Of a stretch of 64,000 bases of DNA, positions 13,732 to 25,868 are shown in pieces. The translations under genes were made by a program, and so were the position numbers. Origin of the DNA: Epiperipatus broadwayi (Eukaryota > Animalia > Onychophora); the NCBI GenBank assembly GCA_028023455.1, contig JAQFVV010000001.1:18848001-18912000 (forward strand), in the 5' to 3' direction. The notes under the pieces are model-generated. The model did no database searches. It was given only the letters and a program-made list of their open reading frames with translations, and had not been told where the DNA came from. How positions within the stretch are numbered: position 1 is the stretch's first letter; each line of letters opens with the position of its first letter.

Positions 13732-13766
13732 ATGATAAAGATATGTGTAAGTGATTGTGATCTGAA

Positions 13767-13808
13767 CCAATTGATGAGAGCTGGTTCAACACAAAATTTG
13801 CATCTTGG
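13767..13808 (+). ncRNA. Degenerate (probably inactive) copy of hammerhead family C
   Basis: CCAA-TTGATGA-GAG[ctggttcaa]CAC-AAAA-TTTGCATC-TTGG is colinear with 10757-10798 but has C3>U and G12>A core substitutions. Confidence 0.5.
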
Positions 13809-15399
13809 AGATTATACATTATGTTTATGATTACCTCTCTCCACAGAGTGTTAAAAGTGGATAGAAGTCAATCCTTATTGTGTGTGAAAATATTGTAGTG
13901 AAAATTACACTATGAAATGTTATTCCTTAAGTGGATAATCTCTAGTCTAATGAATAACTAATAAAAATTATTAATGTTGAAGTCAAATCAAGGCCATTAG
14001 AAAATTTGGCCATTGATAAAACTTATATTGGATAAAAATATCATAGCTTATCAAATAATATTTAAAACTGACATATAAAATGCTCTGATACTGATGGAAA
14101 AAAAACAATGGATGCTATCAAAAACAAACAAACAAAAAATATTTGAACAAAGATGGACATTATAATTGGATTAGAAATTGATACTTTCTATCAGAAAAAT
14201 TCAAAATCTTTTATTTTAATTATGAATATTCAAGAAATGTGGTTGCAATGAGTACCACAAAATATTATATGGTGCAATTTTGTAAGTTTCAAATCCAAGA
14301 TTTTCTAATCAGTATGACAATTATGTCAGTAACTCCACAGAATGATGAAAATAAAATATGAGGTAAAAGTCAACAAGTTTTAAATCTAAACATTAAAAAT
14401 ATATTGTTAAGCTTAAATAATCAATGTACACAACAGTGTATAATGCTGTAATGCACATCCCCAGAACAATTTCTGTTATTTACTTTTATTAATTATATGT
14501 AAATGAGATATTTATTTTATATAGTGCTATGTTTATACATTGTAATATTAATAATTTAAAGTGATCAATTAATATCTTCATGCTCTCATTTTTCCAAATT
14601 CTTAAGATTTTCTCATACAAAAACATTTGGGTCAAAAAGATAGATGGATTTATTCTATCTTTTCACAATGACTTTATCTTGTGTTTGAAAATGAGAGTAT
14701 TCATTTATAGTTAAAAATCCACAAAGTGCATGTGCATTAGCTTAATGACTAATTATTAATATTACATTTTATTAATTAGCACATGGTATTCAAAACTAAA
14801 ATTAAAGCCCTTATGAAGCAATAATCTATTTTTTACTTCTTTATACTATTCAAGCAAATAACCTGAAATTATAAAAAATGCTAATGCATTAATTTTAGTT
14901 TTGAATGCTACATGTTTATTAATAAATACTAATTCAGAATTCAATCTAGAAATAAGATTATTATTATCTACTATCTATAGTAAATTGAAAAGGACTGGTT
15001 TGGTAGCATACAAATAGGCTAAGAATGTTAAGTGAAAGTGTTGCTAGAGCACTCAATCACAATAATATTTAATACAATTTTGTGAATAAGATTTGTTATT
15101 CATTTCTACCATATATTTTTAATACTATAGACACAAAATATTCACAGACAACACTACCAATATCAAGTAAAATATTTTCTGTGTTGGAGGATAGTGAAAA
15201 CAGTAGCTATTGCCTTCAAAACATTGCTCGATACATAATTTGGAATGGATAATCAGGTACTTACTACAACTTATTTCTGCATTTAGAGAAAAATAAAAAA
15301 TAGCAATCTGTATGGTTATATTTCAACTAAAATGTTTTTTATATATTTATAGGATAAAAAATAAAAATTGATTTAGAGAAATAAATTAAACATACACAT

Positions 15400-16480
15400 A
15401 AACAAACACATTGAGATGTAAGAAAATAATTAAAATTGCTTCCAAAATAGATGCAATTAGACATATACCAAAAATTGATAATAAAAAATTAATGATCTAT
15501 TGGAGGCCAATTACAACTGTAGAAAGCACAGAGGAAAAAATATAGCAAAAAAGGTCAAAAGTGACACTGAGACAATTAAGAAAGTCAATACATGTTTCAC
15601 AGCCAACAAAAGGTGACAAAATAATATCTAAATAGAAATATTATTTGCTAAAAAAAAGAACAAGGTGTTTTTGGAAAAATATATGCAATTAAAAATGCCT
15701 TGCAACTAATTTATAAGCTATAAAATGCAAAAGATCAAATCTTAATTCTGCAAAAAAATCACTTATATAGATTTGACAATGATGTAATATGGTCATAAAA
15801 ACTGGAAAATATCATTACATATATAAGAAATTCTAAGTGAAGTGAATCCATATTAAAATTTGGATACATCTAAATTTTAAACATTTTACTAAATTCATTA
15901 ACATTACAGATTACACTATAGTTAATAAAAAAAACATTCTCCATGTAAAATTTTTAATGGCTGTGATTAAGCCCCTTACACAAAACATAGAAATAAAGAA
16001 ATTATATATAATTATTATTAAAAGGTTGAAGAAATTAAATAATAATATATCAAAATTCTAAGGTTTTTAATTGTATTGACCTATATAAATTATGGAAGTA
16101 AAATCATGAAAACTTTAAGTACTTTATTTTTTCCAGTAGAAGTCTATGTAATTATCAAGAAACTCAGCAAATATAGAATTTAATAATCAAAAATATTTTC
16201 TATCAAAATATTATTTTTTGGATATATTTTTAATATATTTTATATAGTGAACATATTATTCAATATGCTGACCTGACAGGAATAGAGAAAATTATTAGAG
16301 AAGAAGATAAAGTTTTAACAATTTGTAATATGTAAAAGGGATTATATAAGATGTAGACAGTAAAGAAAATTTAAACAAGTTTATTATCTATATGTAAAAT
16401 AGAAGAAATATCTGGGATACTTTTAAACATCAAACAAGACAAAGATTACATCTATTCAGAAAATAAATATAAAAAAAGTA
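15400..16480 (+). mobile_element. Highly decayed L1/Tx1-like RT remnant
   Basis: HIPKIDNKKLMIYWRPITTVESTEEKI at 15462-15542 (LIPK...WRPI.L...KI motif); KYLGY at 16406-16420. Boundaries approximate. Confidence 0.5.
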
Positions 16481-16625
16481 CAATGAGACCTTAATATCAA
16501 CTATATTTTATCCAAGCCCTGATGGGTACACTATACATGGCAAATAATAGCTGACTTTGATTAAAATATAATCTGTATTATTTATTGAACTGAATGTCAA
16601 CAGTACTTTTGAACATGCATATATA

Positions 16626-17855
16626 CACTAAGACAATAAAGCCAATTATTAAGGCTTTAATATACATATTAATGTAGATGATAACAATTAACTCTTAATC
16701 TCAACAATCTCAATATGTAGTTATGGCAAACTCCTTTAACAATAAAAGTGCTACCACCTTTATATATAGTCTGTTATGTTTATATAGACATTAAAGATTG
16801 CAACTTGTCCAAGGAGACTGGGATTAATAATGCAAAAAAGTTAATCCGGAAAATATATCCTGCCCTGAAAGCAAACTAATAAATAGTTATTTATAACTTG
16901 CAAATTATATATAAAGTATATATTTACTAAGACATTAAAGTAATTACTCAAGGCTTTAATAGGTTTATAAATGTAAACAAAGGCAAAACTCTCCATACAG
17001 TAGTGCCACCCTGTGCCAACCAGAGTAATCAATGGATGGCAGAAGGCTTGTGCATAAAATCTCTATCCAGTGCCTACTCATTTTGCCTTTGTTTACAACA
17101 ATTATGGGCTAGTATAAGAGATGGTGATCATGTGATTTATAAATGTACATAATAACAATCAATTCTTAAGCTCTCAACAATTTCACTTGTTATCAATGCA
17201 ATCTCCTTTAACAATAGAGGTGGTAACATCTTTATATATGTTCTGATATGTTTATATAAGCATTAAAGATTACAATATGACTAAGGAATGTGAGATTTGA
17301 TAATGAAAGAAGTTTAACAAATCTCATTAATCAGGCAAATATAACCTGTTGTGAAAGCAGACTAATCAATAGTCAATTATAACTTTAAAATACCAAATTT
17401 ATTGAAAGCAGACTAATCAATACTCAATTATAACTTTGAAACATTAAATTTATTGTTAAAGGAGGTTGCCTTGACTACAAGTTGAGATTGTTGATATCTT
17501 ACAAGTTGGTTGTTATTATCCACATTTATAAACCTATTAAAGCCTTGAGTAATTGACTTTATTGTCTTAGTAAATATATATATTCTATGTGGAATTTGGA
17601 AATTATAAATGACTATTTATTAGCCTTCTTTCAGAACAAGTTATATTTGTCTGATTAATGAGGTTTGTTTAAACTTTTTTGCATTATTAATCTCACATTT
17701 CTTAGTCAAGTTGCAATCTTTAATGTCTATATAAACATATTAGATCAAATATAAAAATGGCACCATCTTTATTATTAAAGGAAGTTCATTGCTTTGTTTA
17801 CAGGTTGAGATTGTTGATAGCTTAAGGATTTATTGTTATCATGCACATATGGAGT
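16626..17855. mobile_element. Tandem-plus-inverted array of a non-coding 300-325 bp unit, flanked by an 11-bp target duplication
   Basis: Two direct units (CTCCTTTAACAAT at 16731 and 17203) followed by about 1.2 inverted units (GTTGAGATTGTTGATA at 17481 and 17804); ATGCATATATA at 16615-16625 and 17856-17866. Related fragments at about 25921-25981 and 62006-62068. Confidence 0.7.
16976..17135. mobile_element. Truncated head-to-head copy of the 456-bp HHR retrozyme-like family (no HHR retained), nested in 16626-17855
   Basis: AACAAAGGCAAAACTCTCC...CCTACTCAT followed by the inverted arm TTTGCCTTTGTTTAC...CATGTGA; TTTATAAATGTA duplicated at 16964-16975 and 17136-17147. Confidence 0.85.
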
Positions 17856-17934
17856 ATGCATATATAAATTAAAATTATAGTATGAGCAAAATTTTAAAAA
17901 ATGATAATATAATTATTAATTATAAATTGAGGAA

Positions 17935-17972
<38 letters not shown>

Positions 17973-18314
17973 TACTGACTATGCAAAATATCTGACTTTC
18001 ATCTAAGTTCTAAATATTAAACTTTACATATAAATTAAATAATATAGATCCTTAAAAAAATTCTATCAACAGAAAAGATTTCTGAATTTTTTTGGACATA
18101 AAACAAATAATGAATCAATAAATGAAACATTTTCAAGAGCTCCATTGCATCATGAGAAATAAAACTGAAATTATATTTTATACAGTTAGCATCAACAGAT
18201 GCACACACAATATATATAAATAAAAATTCACATATGCTTATTAGGTTTTATCCAAATATGAGTGGAATATTTAAATGATATAATACTGCAGCAAAACAAT
18301 ATCATATCATCACA

Positions 18315-18438
<124 letters not shown>

Positions 18439-19362
18439 TACTTTAATTTAAACTATAAATATCAAAATTTCTGCACTCACATTTTTGACAACATTGCCTT
18501 TAGATAAATATATTGTACCGGTTGGTCTGATGGTCTTACCTTGTATACATGCATTGAACATGAAATGCATGTTATGCAACTGAGCAACGATTGCAGCTAT
18601 TCAGTTAGATATGATCATTTATTATTTTCTCGATTTGCATCATTAAAAGAAATTATTACATTCATACCTTTGAAAGATCCAGTTCTCCAAGACCTTTACA
18701 CACCACCTCTGAGAAAAGATTGCTTCCTCCCCAGAGGGATATAACTGCATAATTTAGATAAGGGTTATTCCCATTGTGGACTTAATAAAATCAATAGTGA
18801 TATGGATGCTTTACTTAATAAATCAAAAGAAAGATGGATATCCTAACGAAATACTCTTGGTCCTGATAGAGGTTAATCCGAGACTAGCTCATCTACTCTT
18901 TATCTTGGGAAAGTGGTTTGTTGCTTAACTAATAAAGGAGGATAAATGATAAAACGTTTACCAATTACACAGCACAATATTGAAATTTTAATATTCTATT
19001 CCCACATTTATTTAGCCCTTAATTTTATTATAATATTACAAATAAATGAAATAACAGCAGAAATATAAAAATACGAAACACACCATGAAATTATAATCAA
19101 AAACCCCAATTTACAATCTTAAATATTTACTCAATGGGATAGGATGGTCTACATTTTACCTTCACTTGCACACTCTATAGCATTTTATAGAATAGATTAT
19201 TCTATACATGATTACAATATATATATATACGATCCATGGTAGGTATGTGTTTCATTAAACAACTCTCTGTCTTTTTTCTTTATCTAATAAAGATTTTATT
19301 ATTATTTTGTGTCATTATTCAACCACAATTTATAATATTTAAGTAAGAGAGTTCCTCAATCG

Positions 19363-19685
19363 ATCCTGCATGTAGCGGATCATCCAAACAAGGACCTAAT
19401 CGACTTATTTATTCCTTTATTTTTTTACTATTATTATTATTATTATCCTGCACATAGCGGATGGAATAAATTTATACTAATCGAAATGAATTTGTGGTAA
19501 GTTATAATGTATTGAATCCTGCACATGGTGGATTAAAAAGATAGAGTTATTATAAATGAATGCATGCACTCCATAGCTTTTCAAGTAGATGGGAAGGTAG
19601 ATTTAATAACCCTTTTTTTTTATATGATACATTCTTAAAAAAAAGAACAGTTATTGACTGTACACTAATCCTACATGTAGCAGAT
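19363..19685. repeat. Four dispersed copies of an 18-bp quasi-palindromic motif, ATCCTGCAYRTAGCGGAT
   Basis: Copies at 19363-19380, 19445-19462, 19516-19533 and 19668-19685 with unrelated spacers. Confidence 0.8.
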
Positions 19686-22600
19686 ATTTATATAATAAAA
19701 TAAGACTAAAATGGTGAACAGGCTAATGCCTACCACTTGTGTGTATCTAACTTTATGAGTAATCTAACTCCTTTAAATCTTTAATCTATAACATTCATAA
19801 TATACTAAAATTTATTTTGGTAAATAATATCTATTGAATCACATATAGACTTAATAATGATAAAAAAAATCATTGATCAAATACATGTAAAAGATTATGT
19901 AATTACCTATAATAATAAAAAGAAAAACAAATCATTCATAAGAAATATTTATACACAAAAAAAAATAATTATATTTAGAAATATAAATGGGTTTACTTCC
20001 TGAAAGCTTCGTTTTCTTCCAGGCTGAGGGCTTTTGAAGGAGATACATAAATCATGCGCAGGTGACTGAAAGGATCTCTTCTATGGGTGGAAGGCAAAAA
20101 TAGTTTGTAGACAGCTACATTTTTGAATGTGCAGAGAGTCACATAACTTGGTGGTTACATAGGTCTTGAGTGGTGCGAATGCACTGAATTGGATCCTCTA
20201 CTCCATGTTCGCTTGGGCAATAATACTCAGTCTTGATTTTATTCTTTCCATTTTGGTGGGCTGCACTTGGTTTTATTTTATCAGTGTCCTCTGGCTCTTC
20301 GGGCTGGTTAAATGTCTTTGATTTTTACTCCAAAGGGATTCATGTTAAAATTGTATGTCTCATTGAAATTATTATATTAATTCTTTAAATAACTTGTGAT
20401 ATCTTTCCATCAAATCTATTTCTTTCAGCAAACTTTTCTGGTCACATTCCCAATTCCTTTCTATTTGCAGTTTTTATTTCTTTGGATTGGACATGATTAC
20501 AGCTTGAGATGACTTTGAAGTTTTACTGTCAATTATACACTCTTTGAAAAGCAAAGTCAACCATGTAAGTAAATTCAAATAAAGTAAAAAAAAAAACAAT
20601 CTCTGCATAAATGAATGCTTGAATCAATCATCAATCGAAAATAAGTCAATTGGTTTTAACTGCACACATTGAACTGGCTGCCTTCAACTCAACTGAATTC
20701 AATATGCCGAACTTAAGTCCTTGCCTTCAACTGAACTGAATTGAATATCTGAATTGAATGCCCCTATATTACCTGATCAGCACCTACATATCTCCCCATA
20801 TTGCTTTTTTTAGATTTTTAATTAGTTTAATTAAACTACATTGTTTTATCAAAACTTTTCTTATCTTTTTTTTTTAATGTGTTTAAGAATTTTCTTTTAG
20901 ACCATTAAACATTCCTATCCCACGTTTTAATTAATTTTTAATCTGCAGGTGTCAAGCCGAATGACTATTCATATGCTTTTGCAATTTTCTCTAAAAATAT
21001 TATAACAAAAGAGAGAAGTCACTGACTTGCCTGCAGTCATTAAAACCATATTCTAACAAAGAAAACAAAAATTTTGTAAAGATTACATGTTATAACAAGG
21101 TTAACATTATTTTCAAATTTTTGTACATAAAGTTATTTTCAACACGTAACCCAAAAATAAAAATATACATCAGAATTTGATAATTTAAAAATAAAACATA
21201 TTTAGTTGCTGGGTTGTTTACATTTAAATTTCCCAGTATAATTTTATATCCTCTCCACCATATCAAAAATGACACATTAGTAAAACAAAAAAAAAAAATA
21301 TGCATTTCACTTTAAATGTATATGATTGTACATTTAAAATGTATCGTCACCGTTTATCTTCTTTTTTAATTTAAAATATATTGCTTGCGCAAACGAAGAA
21401 AAAATATACTTGCACATACCAACTTTTATTATTTCTTTTATATATATATATATATATATGTTTATTCAGACTGCAACTATGCTTGCAGCCATCTTTGTGC
21501 CTGTCATTTAAGACTGACTATCACAATATTAAGGATGAATATTAATCATTTATTAGACTAGAGAGTATTACCTCATTCCAGCCTAGACATAAACTTTTAA
21601 TCCAATTAAAGATTGATATGTTTATGGGTTTTTCTTTTTAAATAAATAGTGTGCACATAATATTTTTTTTTTTCTTTTCCATCAGTTTAGTATCATCTAA
21701 ATATATATTCAATTTTTATTCTGGCCATACAAATGCATGAAGCATATAAATAAAATCATCTGAAAAGAATAAATGAGTTCCACAATGTCTTTCATGGTAA
21801 GTCGGTATTTTTCCATAAACAGATATATTAGTATTTAATTGGATTTAGTGTTTATATATGGGCTAGGAATGATGTAATAATCTTTACTCTGTTAAATGAT
21901 TAATAGTAATCATTAATATACTTAACTAATATGGAGAGTGTGAAAGATGTATGGACAGAAATTTTGATATTTATAGATCCCATTATAATAATTTGATATT
22001 GGAAAATACTAAACATTATAATCAGGACTAACTAAAAAGTGGTTCAGCATGCAATGTACCTAGGAAGTCATTTACTTTTTTATCTATCTTTAATCATATG
22101 TTTCACGAATGTGTGTCAGAATCGAAGTTTTAAATATATCATTATATATAATTTTCCAACTCCAAGAAATAGAAAATAGAAAAATAACAACAGCTATAAA
22201 AATAATAATACCAATAATATTAAAAACGGAATAAATATTTGGTCATGTGCTTTTTAATGAACTTACACATACTCACCTGCATTAGTTAAATTTGTAAAAA
22301 GTGCACCACTGAAGGTTTATTCCCTTTTTTATATTGCATATATAGTCAAGTGCTATATAAATAAACTATTTATTGTTTTATTAACAGTAGGTAATAAATA
22401 ATTATAAAATAAATCAAAGAAATATACATCTACTTATTAAGATTACAGCATAACAATATATCTTCATAAATAAATTATTCATATTTTAAATAGGGAGACA
22501 CATATTACTTTTTAAAATATGTAAATATGATGAAGTACTATTCTGAGAATTTTAACCTCTCCTATTTCAAAATATAGCATATAACATGAAAATAATATGC

Positions 22601-25600
22601 ACATAATTTAAACAGTGTAAAAAATCGTAATACAAATAAATTCAATCTTTTATCATCAAATAAAAAATAAAATAATGTCCTTATAAGTCCTTCTTGAATT
22701 ATTCCCCATTAAACTTAAATATAAAGAAAAATGTTGGGAACAATATCTTGTGGACAACAAACATATCCATTATATAAGACAATATAACTAAGATATTAAA
22801 ATCTATAGTATAACTAATAAATGTTGAACACATTTTTTTTTCAAATAATTCTGTTAGCAAATATATGACAAATATATGTCCATTCATTAAATGCATGCAT
22901 GGGTTTAAATTATAATAAATATTCATAATACTGCAGTAGATATCTTAAGTTTTGAACTCAGATTTTAAATTAACCCATTATACAAATTATTCACATATGT
23001 AGTAGCAATGTAAATATTTATAATAAAGTACTTCTGATAAATAGTATTTATTGACATTGTTAAATATTTGTAGTAGAATATATTTAATTCCAATATCATA
23101 TCTGTGACCTCAGCAATCTTCTTAGTAATGTGCAGAGGCAAGAAATAACTTAAAAGTTTTAAATATTATTACAGGCATTTATAAATCTTTAAATATAGAA
23201 AAGTTATTTAAGTTTATTAAATATAAAGTCATTAGCAGGTGAATTTATATTTCCAAAATTTTATCATGTGAAGAATTACTTAAATTTCGCATAGTATTCA
23301 TTAACAGGTTGCTATAGGTCGATTGTCATAATTACCCTGCTTGGAGAAAATTATTTCTTTTTCTCTTTCTGGGGGAGAAAATGGAAATAGCTATAATAAA
23401 AAAGTCTTATTGCTGTTTTTCAAATAATAATAAAATATCTTTATTAAACTATAGAACAAGTAAATTATTTTATTGATGCATAAAATTATTATCATTTTAA
23501 CATTTTCTTTTGTAAATTTAAATCATTGTTAAACATATGAAAATATATTCATTACATCAATATACAGTTATCTTGAATTTTAAAGTCTATTTACTCAGTT
23601 AAATGTATTCAAGACAATTTGACATAAATGAATATTTTAAAGAAAATATCAAAAAATTATTAATATTTTTTATAATGTTCTTGCCAATAAAATAATTAAG
23701 TATTATAGCAACTTTATTATAACACAAATATTCAGTTGGTCTTTAAAATTGGCAATTGTTATTGAGTCATAATAATGGTAACAACAATAATTTTTGATTT
23801 TGCCAATGCAGTTAATCTTAAAAATAATATTCTAAACATTGTAACAATAAAATATGCTACCATTAAGCTGATATAACTAGAGACTTCAGTTCCTTTGGTA
23901 TTTCCATCCAGATAATTGTGTCAGGATACTTTTAAATTACTGTATCTTTCTGGCTTAAAAAAATAAATTTAAAGAAAATTACTTTTTTTTTTCAATTTAA
24001 AATAATACTGCTACAAATTAAACAGTTGAATAATATGAAACAAGTGTGGTGTTGATTCCTCAGAAAAGAGAAAAAAATGATGTCAAGTGTCAATCTCACC
24101 TTATTTATACTATTGGCCACATGACGATTTTAACAAACTGTTTGTTAACCTTTAACCTACAACCTTTTCCCTGATTAGTGCAAGTCCTTAACCTATTTAT
24201 CATTAGGGAAGGTTGTTAATCAAAAATTATCTAATTAATATTCAATTTTACAATACGTCAGTTTTTAGACACTTGAACACTTCCCCATTGAAAACAAAAA
24301 TAACTAACTGAAAAATACACCAGGACAAAAATTAAAATATTACATAATTAAAATTTATATTACATTTTTGACAAAATAAATGTTGATACAATTTAATACC
24401 TTTATTTAGTATTGTTTTAAATTTAAATAAATATCACAGAATAGAATTTAAAATAGTTTTTGAGAATATTTTAAAAATAAATAACATCAAATAAGTATAA
24501 TATATATTCATTCCTAAAATATTCATTTTTTCACTACTTTAAAATTCTAACTTTAATTACTAGTTTTATTTAAACTGTTTCTAATTAAGTGAATTCAAAA
24601 TATTAACTAAAATATTTAGTGTTAAAAATTAAAATGAATTAACATATTTTAGCCTTAGTATTAAGATACCAGCAAACCAAAATATAGGGTTTGAAAGCAT
24701 TTTGAAACATTTTAACAGTTAAACTACCATTATTAATTTAAAATTACATTATTTTATCATCAACATTACCAGTTATTTAAATACTTAAAGACTTTAGCAT
24801 CTTAAATATTTATTCAAGTTAAACTCTTACTATTTAGGCCATATAAAATTTATTATACAGCTGTATAACAGAAAAAATATTAATATAGCAGTTCTTATAT
24901 AAAATTGTGGCATTATAAAGCATCAGCAACAATTAATTCACAACAAAATTAAGCTGTATATTTATATATTTTCTAAATGTTTTGGCACAAAATTTGTCTT
25001 AACATTTAGCTTCTGCCAAAGGTAAAAGTTATAATATATAACCAAAATTTAAATTTAGATTGAATAAAACTGATAGAAAATTCAGAATTAAAGTGCTAGA
25101 ATTTTTTCAAGCACTTATGTCATGATTAAATTAGATAACCATCAAAAATAGTAACTCACTAGACAATTATTATTATCTGTAGAATAAAACAATAATAAAA
25201 ATTTTATAAAAGATAAACAGTCTTTAAATAGCCTAATGCAGAACAAACATCTTTTAAATTGCCTCTATTTCCAAGACAAAATAATGAATTATATAAGTCA
25301 GTATTATTCAACATTTACAATAGTTGATTAATGATGGTCAGAAATCCCAGTTAGAATAATTAAATATCTAAATATCAATATGATATTGAATAATTATCTA
25401 AATATGGCATATAAAAAAATATAAACTTTATTAGAATTTGAAATATTTTTGTCTTCAAAGCTAGGGTTTAAATCTAGATTATAATTATGCAGGAAGATAT
25501 GCTACTATTAAACAATAAGATTTTTATTGTAAAAAAAAAACAAACTAAAAGACATTGACTCAAAGAAATTAACAATCTAAACTTTAATAAACTCTTTAGT

Positions 25601-25832
25601 AACATAATTAAATGAAATAAATTATTAGGTATTTTTATTCTATTGCTCAGATAACTCATCATCCTTCAAGCAGAAAGTTATTTAATAGCAATAATTATTG
25701 TAAATATTACAATAGTAATAGAAGACTCATAAAAATATTGTAAGAAAATTGTATCACAAGCCTTGTTTAATAGATACATCACTAAAATAAAAAAATTGAA
25801 TTGGTAGTTGGTTTCAATTCTATCTTTAATTA

Positions 25833-25868
<36 letters not shown>

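Noticed and set aside
16626-17855. CTGAAAGAAGGC..GTC hairpin in the 300-325 bp unit as an HHR
   Set aside because: No GAAA follows the putative helix II in any copy.
19363-19685. CRISPR-like reading of the 18-bp dyad array
   Set aside because: Eukaryotic context, repeats too short and variable, irregular spacers and no cas genes.
19960-20770. GC-richer minus-strand segment with tandem TTCAGTT..GAAGGCA repeats, resembling a retroelement 5' end, ORF1 or integrase tail
   Set aside because: Two alternative frames give conflicting weak resemblances; no diagnostic motif.
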